In this document: positions 52,849 through 61,662 of the stretch, in pieces
Position numbering within the stretch: position 1 is the stretch's first letter
How the letters are laid out: each line of letters begins with the position of its first letter
Virus record (IMG/VR): IMGVR_UViG_3300042343_000382
Coordinates: 1 to 61,662 of that record
Strand: one strand, 5' to 3'
Length of the DNA stretch: 61,662 bases
Source: a virus
Lineage: Duplodnaviria > Caudoviricetes
The notes under the pieces: model-generated
Databases searched by the model: none
Told to the model about the DNA's origin: nothing
Seen by the model: the letters and a program-made list of their open reading frames with translations, nothing else
Program-made: the position numbers and the translations under genes

Positions 52849-55800
52849 TTATTCACATGAAAAACATAGACCCTCTAAAGGAGTAACATCACCATTTGAA
52901 GCAACTGCATTTGACGTGCATACTGAACTACCTGTAATTTTTATTTTATACTCACCAGTAGTTCCTGGAAATAGTACAGTACCACTAGGATTAAGATAAA
53001 CAACACTTGATGAAGTTGCTATTTCTTGCCCTGGTGTTGATGTATTAATATTTGATACCCAACAAGGAGTATCTAATGTTGCATCACAACCATCTGTAGG
53101 ATCTGGTGTTCCAGATATAAAAGAAGGAAAAAATGATACACAACAATTCACACCTGTTGTTGCGGCCCAAGTAGCACTTTCATCACCACCAGTTAATGTA
53201 ATAGTGCCTTCTTGTGCACAAACATCAAGAGAGGTTGGTGCAGATTCTCCATCTCCTACTTCAGAATTTACTAGAACACCTTCACAATTAAAATATGAAA
53301 ACTCTGTAATACCTGTAACAGCCCCAGATGGTTCAACATAAGTCACAGTGTAACATTCACAATCGATAATTCCGCAACAATCTATCTCAGACACATCTAT
53401 TGTTCCAGGATCTCCTGCACCTTCTGTTACACTACCTGTTTTAGCACAAATTTGTACTGGAGTTTCAGTAAACACTGTAATAGATGCAGGTTCATTTGTG
53501 AAACAATCTATATAGTCAAATTCTGTACTGCCTATAGAAGATAAAATATAACAAGTGCACCCGCATCCAGGACAAGGGGTAGGATCTAAAAGAACGCCAG
53601 ATAGAAGCTGTCTGTATGTACCGTCAAGTAAATATAGTCCGTCTGGAGCTAACTCTGTCTGTAGCTCGTCTAACCAAACACTTGTAGCGGAGTCGAACGA
53701 GTCTGAGTCTATATAATAGCTTCCAGTAGAGCACGCGTCACAGCATAATGATAAAGGATTGCTCTCGTGGTAGCATAGCTCTATCTCCAATAGACTTCTG
53801 TAATCCCATACTAAATACAAATAATTAAAACCCGTTAAAACAACCTTACTTATAACCGCCTGATATGTTCCAGTTGTAGGGATAATTTTTGTTAATAAAG
53901 GCAACAACTCACTTGGAGTATATAAGTTATTAGAAATTAAATACTTAAATGAGTTAAAAGCTGGATCAAAATTAAACGTATCACCAGCTCTCTTATCTGA
54001 AACTAGTGTTATATCACTTTCGTTTGCTGGTATTATACCTTGAGATAGTCCACCAGACTGACTTGCATATAACGAAACACCATCTTCTTCCATAATTATA
54101 AAGTCAGTACTTAAAGGACTGCTATAGCTTCCCAAACTCCACTTGTACTGGTTATGTATTGTCTGATCCTCATTACCAGGATTATTGTAAACAACTCTAT
54201 ATACGGTTATAGAATCAACTATATTTACGCACGAAGTGCTTGTAGAATAAGACGCATTGATAGATGTTATAGTAATTCTAATCACGTTAGGAAGAGCCTC
54301 TGTCTTTTGAAATACAAATGTATAGTCATCAGGCTCATCTAAATTGTCATTCCATATAACACCATCATCGTACTCAACCGTAATATCAACCTCTCCTTCA
54401 AACAACGTAAGGCTTACGGTAACCTCTCCTATCTCGTCCCCTATCTCTACATCAAACTCATACGTCCCGCTTACATTCTGTTTAGATATAGTAACACCAC
54501 ACCCGTAAACGTCTAGCTCTGTAGGCATAGCTGTCTCGGTAAGATGAAGTACGTACTCGTCCATATAAGGATCGTAACCACCTATCTTAAAGTAGTTCTG
54601 TGAGTTCTTGAACTCATCTCTGAACCAGTACTTCATACCCATGTCAGATACAACACTAAGCGCATCACTCTGAGCTGATCCACCTCTTAAGTTTAATACT
54701 GAGTTACGCTTAATATCTGTAAAGTAAACCTCACCACCAAACACAGCAAAGCTCTCTGGATTGTTACTAATTCCGTAGTCCTCAATCCTTGCGATCTGAG
54801 TACCTATAACCTCTGGTATAGACGCTATATTACCTCCACCAGCTGAATCAGAAAGCAAATTCTTTCCAGCTAACACATATGATATCTTATCCTCTTGAAG
54901 TACAAGTATATCTGTTCTTCTTGCGTACAGTCTGTTTATCGGTCCAAAAGACTTCTCTAAATCCTTAAAGTTTGCTAAGGAAAGATTAAACTCGTTTAAT
55001 TTATTAATATTTGTCTCAGCATTATATATTCCGCTATACGTTATAGTTGCATACCTGTCAGAGGACATATAGTCCTCCTGAGCCACAGCAGTTACACGCT
55101 CACCTAAATAAAAAGGGGCTCCAACTATAGAGTCATTTATCTTGTAAGACTCTACGCCATTTGCAAAACTAAAGCAGTCAAAGAAGTTAAGCGTAACAAT
55201 AGCAGGATCTGTAGATGTTTGATCTGTATCTCCAGGGGCATCGCCACTCATATGATAACCATTCACAATTGGAAAGCTGTCACTTCCCTCGTAGTATATC
55301 TCTCCGTCAGCATCAAGAGATTCTGTCTCAAAAACAAATAACCCTGTAGCCTTCTGTATTGTTATTGTTCCAAAAGTGTCCGATCCTTTATAGTCTGGAC
55401 CATCACAAGAAGGTGTACCTGATCTAGCTAAAAAAAACAATCCACCTGTTGGTACAGTTGGGGAATCTGGATTTAAATACTGCCTAAAAAACTGAAACTT
55501 ATTAACCGAAGCTTCTGCAGGGAATAAGGGATAAACAATAGGATTAATAGGTGATCCAGTCCCTGTTCTTTTATAAGGCACTGATAAGGATCTATCATAT
55601 TCATTAGTATTAACAGTATTGTCTCTTGACGTTACCACACCTTTTTCAAAATCAATACCCTCTCCCTGACAAAAAAGATAAAAGTTATCATAGTCCTGAC
55701 TAGCTACTATTGTTTTTTGAAACTTATACGTTCTACCACCACATTTAGAACCTCTGTGGTTTCTATTCATACCTATATCAAACTTTATAAGACTTCCAGC

Positions 55801-58089
55801 AGGTATGTTGTGAGGTATAAATTGTTGATTAGTTGAGCTAACTGGATTGGCTGGTATAAAATCAGGATTAACGTAACTTAAATTCCATCCTGCTGCTTGA
55901 TAATTACGAGGTGTTTTATTAGTACCTTCTATAGAAACAAACGATTCCTTTTCGTATATAGCCTCAAAATTACTAGCTCTAATCTTCATATATACTCCGC
56001 TAGGCTCGTTTATTATATTTGAAGTGTTTGGACCGCTAATAAAATTATTTGATTGAGCTTGTACGTCTAAAATATCTATCGTTGTTAAAACTTCAAGTGC
56101 TCCATTGGAGTCTCTCTTTACTACCAATCTTTCACCAACTCTTGCCTTGCTTATATTCTCTCCTTCTAATTTAAACCAACTAAAACCATTTCCATCTTGA
56201 AAGAATAAATTAGTGTATAAGGTTTCATATTTTGATCTTGATGGTTTAACAACAAATTTGTATCTCTCAGCCCAAGATGGCGCTAAATTATTTATTGTTG
56301 CTACTATATAATTTTTTTTATCAGAAGTAGACGCTGGAAAAAACACTGTATTGTTGTTACAAACAAGCGCTGTCGTGCTTCTTAAATACTTATCTTGATA
56401 AACAATACCTACCTCGTAATCTCTGTTACTATGTAAACTTCTTTTGCTATTTAATTTAGATAAAACAGCCGTAGTTCCAGTGTCACTTAAGTACTCATAA
56501 GCGTATAGCACTGGGTTTGGATCATCAGTTCCTGAGAACTTTATTGCTGGTATCTGTATTTTTATAATGTTTGGTTGAGATGGAGATGATATTATTGTAA
56601 ATCCTTGATCTATAGAGGTTATACCTGTGCCATTAACATCCCATTCTGGAGGTGAAGTCTGTATAGTAGTTAAAGAGCAATTAAAATCATCGGTTAATGA
56701 AAACCCTTCTGCACATTCAGTTATAGGTTTATGAACATAGATTTTCTCTATAAAAAATGGATCATTAGCTAACGCGTAAGCATTTGCATAGTCTTGAGTT
56801 ATATTAAAGTTAAATGTTTCTTCGTAAGAATTAAGTATGCCTGCGCTTTCATAAGTTGGATCCCCAGCAAAGTCATTGTGAAAAAGGCTGAATTGTATTG
56901 ATAGGATCGAACCATTTGTAATATCTACACCTGTAAAGTCTAACTCTATAATTGTATCAACGATAGTACGTGAGCCACCTAAGGTATACTGTCCAGGTAA
57001 AGGTCTTACCACAATCTCTTCCTCTAAATTATCTTCACTTTCAGCAGAAAGTGTATAATCTATAACGGTATCTATATCATAACCATCTACATAGTTTCCA
57101 TATATAAGCCTATTACCCATAGTGGTCTGAGACTTAGCTGTTAAAGGTACGTTATCAAAAAGTCTTGTAAGCTCTGAATTTGGAAGTACTGTGTATATTT
57201 TTTTATTATCGAACTGAATGCTCTTTATTTGGTTATCTTCCCATCCATTATCAAGCTTATCAAACTTCTCGATTATATTAACTATGCTTGAGTCTGAAAG
57301 CTTAAAGCAAACATCAATACCTACAACATTTTTTCCTCCAGTGTTAAACGATATATTATAACTATTAAACACATTCACCATAGATCCGTTAGTGTATGTT
57401 GTATAGTCAACAAAAAAACTTTCAGGCTCGAACGCTATATCACTAAACTGAGATAAAGCACTGTACTCTCCATCTCTATATTTATATCTATAAGAAAACG
57501 ATATAAACCTTTCACTCATATAGTTCTCATCTCCACTTATAATAAAAGGAGATATTTCTGGAGCCTCTATAGGAGGTTGAACTATAACTGATATATCATC
57601 ATCAGTTATGTTATCAATTCCAAGGGTTGGGTATAGGTATGGTATATTTACATTTATTTTTCTAGGTGGGTTATAGTTGTCTGTCCAAAATAACAGATTA
57701 TCTATAAGATCAATACCATTGATTAAAAATTCAGTACTAAAATTAAGAACTGTTGTAGATATAACGTGATAAATAAGTGTGCCTGTTCTTTCGTTGTAAG
57801 ACAGAACCATATCCACATTTCCTGGATCTGTTACGAACCAGTATATTGTCTCGTGCTGGCTATCCTCATACGCACCAATACATCTTGCGTCAGTAGAAAG
57901 TTCTTGACCTTCGTAAAGAATAGATACAATCTTAGTATTACCTAATGAATTCTCAATAGCACCAACGCTATTGTTTTCAGTAGATCCTATCCTTATATTT
58001 AACGCGTCAATATATTCTCCATCTGGAAGAACTCTCTCGTCAAGCGACTTATTCATTCTTCCCTTAAGGAACGTAGTATTTAAATCCAT
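52849..58089 (-). CDS. Tail stabilisation/nozzle protein
   Basis: F.KGRMNK.LDER..P.GEY.DALN, LFWTD..NPPRKIN, GNRLIYGNY, YGISNNPESFA; Cys-rich C-terminal repeats. Confidence 0.75.
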   Translation of the reverse strand: MDLNTTFLKGRMNKSLDERVLPDGEYIDALNIRIGSTENNSVGAIENSLGNTKIVSILYEGQELSTDARCIGAYEDSQHETIYWFVTDPGNVDMVLSYNERTGTLIYHVISTTVLNFSTEFLINGIDLIDNLLFWTDNYNPPRKINVNIPYLYPTLGIDNITDDDISVIVQPPIEAPEISPFIISGDENYMSERFISFSYRYKYRDGEYSALSQFSDIAFEPESFFVDYTTYTNGSMVNVFNSYNISFNTGGKNVVGIDVCFKLSDSSIVNIIEKFDKLDNGWEDNQIKSIQFDNKKIYTVLPNSELTRLFDNVPLTAKSQTTMGNRLIYGNYVDGYDIDTVIDYTLSAESEDNLEEEIVVRPLPGQYTLGGSRTIVDTIIELDFTGVDITNGSILSIQFSLFHNDFAGDPTYESAGILNSYEETFNFNITQDYANAYALANDPFFIEKIYVHKPITECAEGFSLTDDFNCSLTTIQTSPPEWDVNGTGITSIDQGFTIISSPSQPNIIKIQIPAIKFSGTDDPNPVLYAYEYLSDTGTTAVLSKLNSKRSLHSNRDYEVGIVYQDKYLRSTTALVCNNNTVFFPASTSDKKNYIVATINNLAPSWAERYKFVVKPSRSKYETLYTNLFFQDGNGFSWFKLEGENISKARVGERLVVKRDSNGALEVLTTIDILDVQAQSNNFISGPNTSNIINEPSGVYMKIRASNFEAIYEKESFVSIEGTNKTPRNYQAAGWNLSYVNPDFIPANPVSSTNQQFIPHNIPAGSLIKFDIGMNRNHRGSKCGGRTYKFQKTIVASQDYDNFYLFCQGEGIDFEKGVVTSRDNTVNTNEYDRSLSVPYKRTGTGSPINPIVYPLFPAEASVNKFQFFRQYLNPDSPTVPTGGLFFLARSGTPSCDGPDYKGSDTFGTITIQKATGLFVFETESLDADGEIYYEGSDSFPIVNGYHMSGDAPGDTDQTSTDPAIVTLNFFDCFSFANGVESYKINDSIVGAPFYLGERVTAVAQEDYMSSDRYATITYSGIYNAETNINKLNEFNLSLANFKDLEKSFGPINRLYARRTDILVLQEDKISYVLAGKNLLSDSAGGGNIASIPEVIGTQIARIEDYGISNNPESFAVFGGEVYFTDIKRNSVLNLRGGSAQSDALSVVSDMGMKYWFRDEFKNSQNYFKIGGYDPYMDEYVLHLTETAMPTELDVYGCGVTISKQNVSGTYEFDVEIGDEIGEVTVSLTLFEGEVDITVEYDDGVIWNDNLDEPDDYTFVFQKTEALPNVIRITITSINASYSTSTSCVNIVDSITVYRVVYNNPGNEDQTIHNQYKWSLGSYSSPLSTDFIIMEEDGVSLYASQSGGLSQGIIPANESDITLVSDKRAGDTFNFDPAFNSFKYLISNNLYTPSELLPLLTKIIPTTGTYQAVISKVVLTGFNYLYLVWDYRSLLEIELCYHESNPLSLCCDACSTGSYYIDSDSFDSATSVWLDELQTELAPDGLYLLDGTYRQLLSGVLLDPTPCPGCGCTCYILSSIGSTEFDYIDCFTNEPASITVFTETPVQICAKTGSVTEGAGDPGTIDVSEIDCCGIIDCECYTVTYVEPSGAVTGITEFSYFNCEGVLVNSEVGDGESAPTSLDVCAQEGTITLTGGDESATWAATTGVNCCVSFFPSFISGTPDPTDGCDATLDTPCWVSNINTSTPGQEIATSSSVVYLNPSGTVLFPGTTGEYKIKITGSSVCTSNAVASNGDVTPLEGLCFSCE

Positions 58090-58091
58090 AC

Positions 58092-59009
58092 TTATTTAAT
58101 CCACTTATCTTTGCCCCTCATATTCATCAATAATCTTCCAGGGTGTATGTTACTCAATCTTATTTTTGCGTTTCTTAGAAGGGCTGTTTTCTCCTTCTTA
58201 GCTCTTTCAATTACGTACTGCTGAACTCCATACTTATTTGTAAGAATAACATACTTAATGTACGCGTACAAGAACTCCTCAGCCATCTTATTTATAGTAA
58301 CCTCAGAGTCATCTCCACCCTCCATACCATCAGTAACATACTCAAGTATGCAAAGCTGACCAGCCATTCCTGATCCAAAATTTATAACGCCTGACTTCTT
58401 ATCTATTCTGTACGTAGGGTTTACGTTTGCAGTCTCTGTGTTCAGACCAAATCTTGCCCCGATAGTGTGGTTAAAGTACCACTTACCGTCAAGGTTGTAT
58501 CCTTCTAGCCCGTTAAACTTACCGTCACCTAGGTAGATGCTCTTGTTTAACTTATGTATTCTGTCGTAGTCTAATATAGACGTTCCCTCTAACACGTTAC
58601 CGTCCTGATCGAACAATACTCTACAACTGTTATCCTGTAGGTATGAGTTACTGTAGTTGGTCTGAATGTTCTCAGTCAGTGGTCTTAACACACCATCTTT
58701 ATACAAAGATATTCTTACGTAGTTAACGTAGTCTGGTGGCAGAACCAACTTAAGGTCGTCACATATACTAAGCTCCACGATCTTAATCTCCTTTAAGGCA
58801 TCGTAGTTTAACTCTTGAATACCCCTCTTAGCGTGAAACATAACCTCGTACTTATCAACGTTATTAATAAGTTTGTGGTTTCCAACATACATCAACATAA
58901 AGTTGTTAACTATATCCTTTAGTGATACATACTGGTACGTTCCCCAGTTCTCATTCTCTGGAGAGTTTCCAGCGTTCTCGTAGTATTGATAGCCAGTTAA
59001 GTATGCCAT
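58092..59009 (-). CDS. Tail ring/tubular protein
   Basis: FHAKRGIQELNYD, LPPDYVNYVRIS, RNAKIRLS; position. Confidence 0.7.
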   Translation of the reverse strand: MAYLTGYQYYENAGNSPENENWGTYQYVSLKDIVNNFMLMYVGNHKLINNVDKYEVMFHAKRGIQELNYDALKEIKIVELSICDDLKLVLPPDYVNYVRISLYKDGVLRPLTENIQTNYSNSYLQDNSCRVLFDQDGNVLEGTSILDYDRIHKLNKSIYLGDGKFNGLEGYNLDGKWYFNHTIGARFGLNTETANVNPTYRIDKKSGVINFGSGMAGQLCILEYVTDGMEGGDDSEVTINKMAEEFLYAYIKYVILTNKYGVQQYVIERAKKEKTALLRNAKIRLSNIHPGRLLMNMRGKDKWIK

Positions 59010-59014
59010 AATTA

Positions 59015-60181
59015 TTATTGTTGACTAAATGTTGGTTGTTCGTGTTGTTCTTGACCTAATGCGTAAGCAGCAACCTCTTGCTCTCTTATAGATATTCCAG
59101 CGTACTGTAGTATCTTCATGACTAATTTATACTCATCCTCTAAAGGCAACTCAAAATCTTGATAATCTGGTTGAGACTGATCAAACATAGGCTCACCATT
59201 TGGAAATGTAAAGTACGTCCACTTAGGATCCTTTGGGTGTCTAAAATAAATACATTCAACTTTTCCTTTAGCATTTATGGTGTCTGGAAATAAATTAATT
59301 CTTTCTCCCTCAAAAGTGTATGACGGATAAAGATCATTTGGACTTGTCAGATTCGATGCGTTAAGCATTGTTATCTTTCCAACGCTAACTTTATCTGCCT
59401 CCTTTACTGCTTTAGAAATTATCATATATCCTTGACCGTCAATAAGAAATATGTTTGAAGTAAGCATTATGATACTATTTGAAACAACAGATAAAACATT
59501 TGACACATCTCCTGTTGTTGTATTTACAACAATATCTCCTTCAACTATTCCATATGATAAAAATGTTGCAGAAGAATCTTTAAGAATGTTTAATAATTCT
59601 TCAGAAATTATCATATAACCTTGACCAGAAATAGAAAATATGCTTGAAGTAAGTATTATGGTATTATTTGAAGCAACAGATAAAACATTTGATATATTTC
59701 CTGTTGTTGTATTTATAACAACATCCCCTTCAACTATTCCGTCTGATAAAAATGTTGCGGTAGCATCTTGAAAGCCGTTTGATACTACTGATGTAATATT
59801 TCCTGAAGCTTTTTCTTCTACTGTAGCATTTCCTGAAGTTATTTCTTTTGTATGACAAAGCATTTTTAAAATATAATAAGCAGTGTCTCCTGTTGTATTA
59901 AGTGATGGTACTAAATATTTATTAGAACCAAAATGTGATAAATAATTTGTAACCAAGAAAGACTCAAGAGTTTCAGCTATTGGCTGCTCAATATCAGCGT
60001 AGTCAGTACCTGACATACGAGCATTCTCCATATTGATGGTCTTGTTATAGGAAGAGTAGTACTCCTCATATATTTCCATCTGTGCCTGCTTGGCAAATAA
60101 ATTGAAATCAGCAGGTGTAATATAGCCGTAGTTATTCTTATTTATAACAGATAGAACTGTATTTCTAACTGAGTTTATCAT
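59015..60181 (-). CDS. Tail ring/head-tail adaptor protein with internal duplication
   Basis: NKNNYGYITP.DFNLFAKQAQ, Y.R.PKDPKW, DFELP...E..LV..IL..AG. Confidence 0.7.
   Translation of the reverse strand: MINSVRNTVLSVINKNNYGYITPADFNLFAKQAQMEIYEEYYSSYNKTINMENARMSGTDYADIEQPIAETLESFLVTNYLSHFGSNKYLVPSLNTTGDTAYYILKMLCHTKEITSGNATVEEKASGNITSVVSNGFQDATATFLSDGIVEGDVVINTTTGNISNVLSVASNNTIILTSSIFSISGQGYMIISEELLNILKDSSATFLSYGIVEGDIVVNTTTGDVSNVLSVVSNSIIMLTSNIFLIDGQGYMIISKAVKEADKVSVGKITMLNASNLTSPNDLYPSYTFEGERINLFPDTINAKGKVECIYFRHPKDPKWTYFTFPNGEPMFDQSQPDYQDFELPLEDEYKLVMKILQYAGISIREQEVAAYALGQEQHEQPTFSQQ
59414..59769. repeat. Tandem intragenic duplication, 189-nt period
   Basis: 59414..59580 and 59603..59769 encode near-identical ATFLS.GIVEGD.V.NTTTG...GQGYMIIS units. 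Confidence 0.9.
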
Positions 60182-60196
60182 ATTAAAAACTTTTTA

Positions 60197-60204
60197 CAAA
60201 GATA
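60197..60204 (-). promoter_or_regulatory. Bacteroidota-type -7 box (TATCTTTG)
   Basis: 15 nt upstream of ATG 60181. Confidence 0.65.
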
Positions 60205-60206
60205 AT

Positions 60207-60232
60207 AAAAAAAAGCACTCTGATTAGAGTGC
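60207..60232 (-). terminator. Rho-independent terminator
   Basis: GCACTCT/AGAGTGC stem followed by a T-run on the minus strand. Confidence 0.8.
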
Positions 60233-60260
60233 CTTTAGCTTTCCTTAAGAACAAAAACAA

Positions 60261-60542
60261 TTACGCAATAGCTATTCCAGAAACAGCGAATGGTAATAAT
60301 GTAACATCATAAGTTACTTTTGTCCATCCCTCACCTAAGGCTGCAACAACAGCCGCTTCAATAGCGTCTCTCTGTGTTTCAACACCAGCCCCAGCAGTAG
60401 CGTGAGTCATAGTAACAACTTTACCTCCACCGTAAGTGATGGTAACAGTAGTAGTTGATGCTTGCTCGATAAGTTTAATGTCTGTAGCAGATACAATTTG
60501 AAATTGCTCGTTAGTTACAGGGATACTTAAAAATTTTTCCAT
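60261..60542 (-). CDS. Small virion protein (putative)
   Basis: 93 aa T/A/V-rich, downstream of capsid. Confidence 0.6.
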   Translation of the reverse strand: MEKFLSIPVTNEQFQIVSATDIKLIEQASTTTVTITYGGGKVVTMTHATAGAGVETQRDAIEAAVVAALGEGWTKVTYDVTLLPFAVSGIAIA

Positions 60543-60574
60543 TTTTATCTTTTGTTTATGATTAATAATCCTTG

Positions 60575-60582
60575 CAAAGATA
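60575..60582 (-). promoter_or_regulatory. Bacteroidota-type -7 box (TATCTTTG)
   Basis: Intergenic, upstream of ATG 60542. Confidence 0.6.
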
Positions 60583-60594
60583 CTAAAAATAATA

Positions 60595-61335
60595 CTAATC
60601 TAAATGGCTCTCAAGCAGTCTAAGTGTCTCAATTCCATCATCTGACTTCAAGTGTGATGCCAAGATAAATAAGTGATTCTCACCGTAAGGAACTGTTAAC
60701 AGCTTCTTCTTGTTTGTCTCAAGGTTGAAGTATACATCTCTACCTTTATTTTTAAGCCTCAGCACGTCCTGATCAAATAACTTAGCACAGGTGTTTTGAA
60801 GTTGTAGCATTGGATCGTTCAACATCTCCATAAATTTACTAGGGTATGTTCTTGCATAAACAAGCACATCTCTCTTTAATTCAGCGGTAGACATCTTATC
60901 TATCCTTCCTCCTAATACAACTCTAGCAACAGCCTCAAGCATATCAACCGAAAGGTCTCTTGCTGCTAACTGTGCATCCAACTCTGTAGTTAACTTGTCA
61001 AATTGCGAAGACGCATCCTTCTCTGTATTTACTTCCTCGAATATCATTCCATTACCTGGGTGATACTCTAAGAATTTTTGTAGCACTGGATTTGTTTTTA
61101 GAACGCTTAGCGAACCATCAACAAATACAATAGGCTCTAAAATAGCTGAACCATCCTGCTCATCCTCGAAAGGTGACTTCTGGTTTCTTGCATATCTAAG
61201 TGGTCTGTTTGATTTTCCGTCAAAGTAATACAACGGACTTCTTGAAGTGTTCTTCGATGTCAACATATATGACAGCGGAGTATTTCTTTTTTTTAATACG
61301 TAGATTCTATCTACTAATGCAGTTTCTTTGTTCAT
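60595..61335 (-). CDS. Conserved hypothetical protein following major capsid gene
   Basis: 246 aa, RPLRYARNQKSPFEDEQ. Confidence 0.75.
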   Translation of the reverse strand: MNKETALVDRIYVLKKRNTPLSYMLTSKNTSRSPLYYFDGKSNRPLRYARNQKSPFEDEQDGSAILEPIVFVDGSLSVLKTNPVLQKFLEYHPGNGMIFEEVNTEKDASSQFDKLTTELDAQLAARDLSVDMLEAVARVVLGGRIDKMSTAELKRDVLVYARTYPSKFMEMLNDPMLQLQNTCAKLFDQDVLRLKNKGRDVYFNLETNKKKLLTVPYGENHLFILASHLKSDDGIETLRLLESHLD

Positions 61336-61355
61336 TTGATATAATTTAATTTGTT

Positions 61356-61391
61356 AAAAAATAACAGGGAGAGTATCTCATCTCCCTGTTA
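61356..61391 (-). terminator. Terminator after major capsid gene
   Basis: TAACAGGGAGA/TCTCCCTGTTA 11-bp stem, T-run downstream on the minus strand. Confidence 0.8.
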
Positions 61392-61406
61392 GGTATTTAT
61401 TTAATA

Positions 61407-61662
61407 CTAGCTATTAGCTTCGAATAAGAAGAAGTTGTTAGCACCTAAAGTACATAAAGCTCTTTCTGATAAGAAGTGTACTTCCATAGCATCTAAAGAA
61501 GATGTAGCAGCACCACCAGCAGAACCAGTAATCCAAGTTTTGTAACGACGATCTTCTGTTTCAGAAGCTCTGTAACGTACGTGTAAGAATGGTCTCTTAG
61601 CGTTTTTACCTAATACTTGGTCATAAACAGTTGTAGATCCAGCAGGAACTAACACACCATTG
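61407..61662 (-). CDS. Major capsid protein, C-terminal part
   Basis: In frame with 1..1320 through the terminal overlap; ends NNFFLFEANS*. Confidence 0.88.
   Translation of the reverse strand, partial: NGVLVPAGSTTVYDQVLGKNAKRPFLHVRYRASETEDRRYKTWITGSAGGAATSSLDAMEVHFLSERALCTLGANNFFLFEANS
61497..61662. repeat. Terminal direct repeat (right copy)
   Basis: Matches 1..166 with one mismatch. Confidence 0.97.

Noticed and set aside
59414-59769. Diversity-generating retroelement TR/VR pair
   Set aside because: In-frame tandem duplication, differences not confined to adenines, and no reverse transcriptase in the genome
1-61662. Stop-codon reassignment as in some crAss-like phages
   Set aside because: Long genes are intact under the standard code, TAG and TGA end tightly packed genes, and no suppressor tRNA is seen

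Overview
The window is an essentially complete, circularly permuted dsDNA tailed-phage genome of about 61.5 kb. A 166-bp terminal overlap cuts the major capsid gene. The host is very likely Bacteroidota (flavobacteria-like): TAnnTTTG -7 promoter boxes precede many genes, starts are A-rich without Shine-Dalgarno motifs, and the tmRNA is Bacteroidota-style. The minus strand (43.2 kb to end, and 1 to 23.1 kb) carries a podovirus-type morphogenesis module resembling crAss-like and flavobacterial phages: capsid, scaffold, portal, terminase, ring and stabilisation proteins, ejected proteins, fibres, lysis genes and GroEL/GroES. The plus strand (24.4-43.2 kb) carries early and replication genes: Sak-like annealing protein, PD-(D/E)XK exonuclease, SSB-like protein, primase-helicase, SF2 helicase, VRR-NUC, metallophosphoesterase and HNH. 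No DNA polymerase, RNA polymerase or integrase was recognised. The most unusual content is non-coding. (1) A canonical type III hammerhead ribozyme closes a ~220-nt structured leader behind the early promoter. (2) A ~770-nt RNA cluster contains a tmRNA with an apparent 35-residue tag, bracketed by two tRNA-shaped RNAs that lack an anticodon arm. (3) A pseudoknotted RNA at 28.2 kb shares a covarying 3' hairpin motif with that cluster. (4) A kissing-loop element precedes an HNH gene. (5) A ~110-bp inverted repeat pair brackets the start of the early region. Protein calls come from motif recognition and synteny only; no searches were run.
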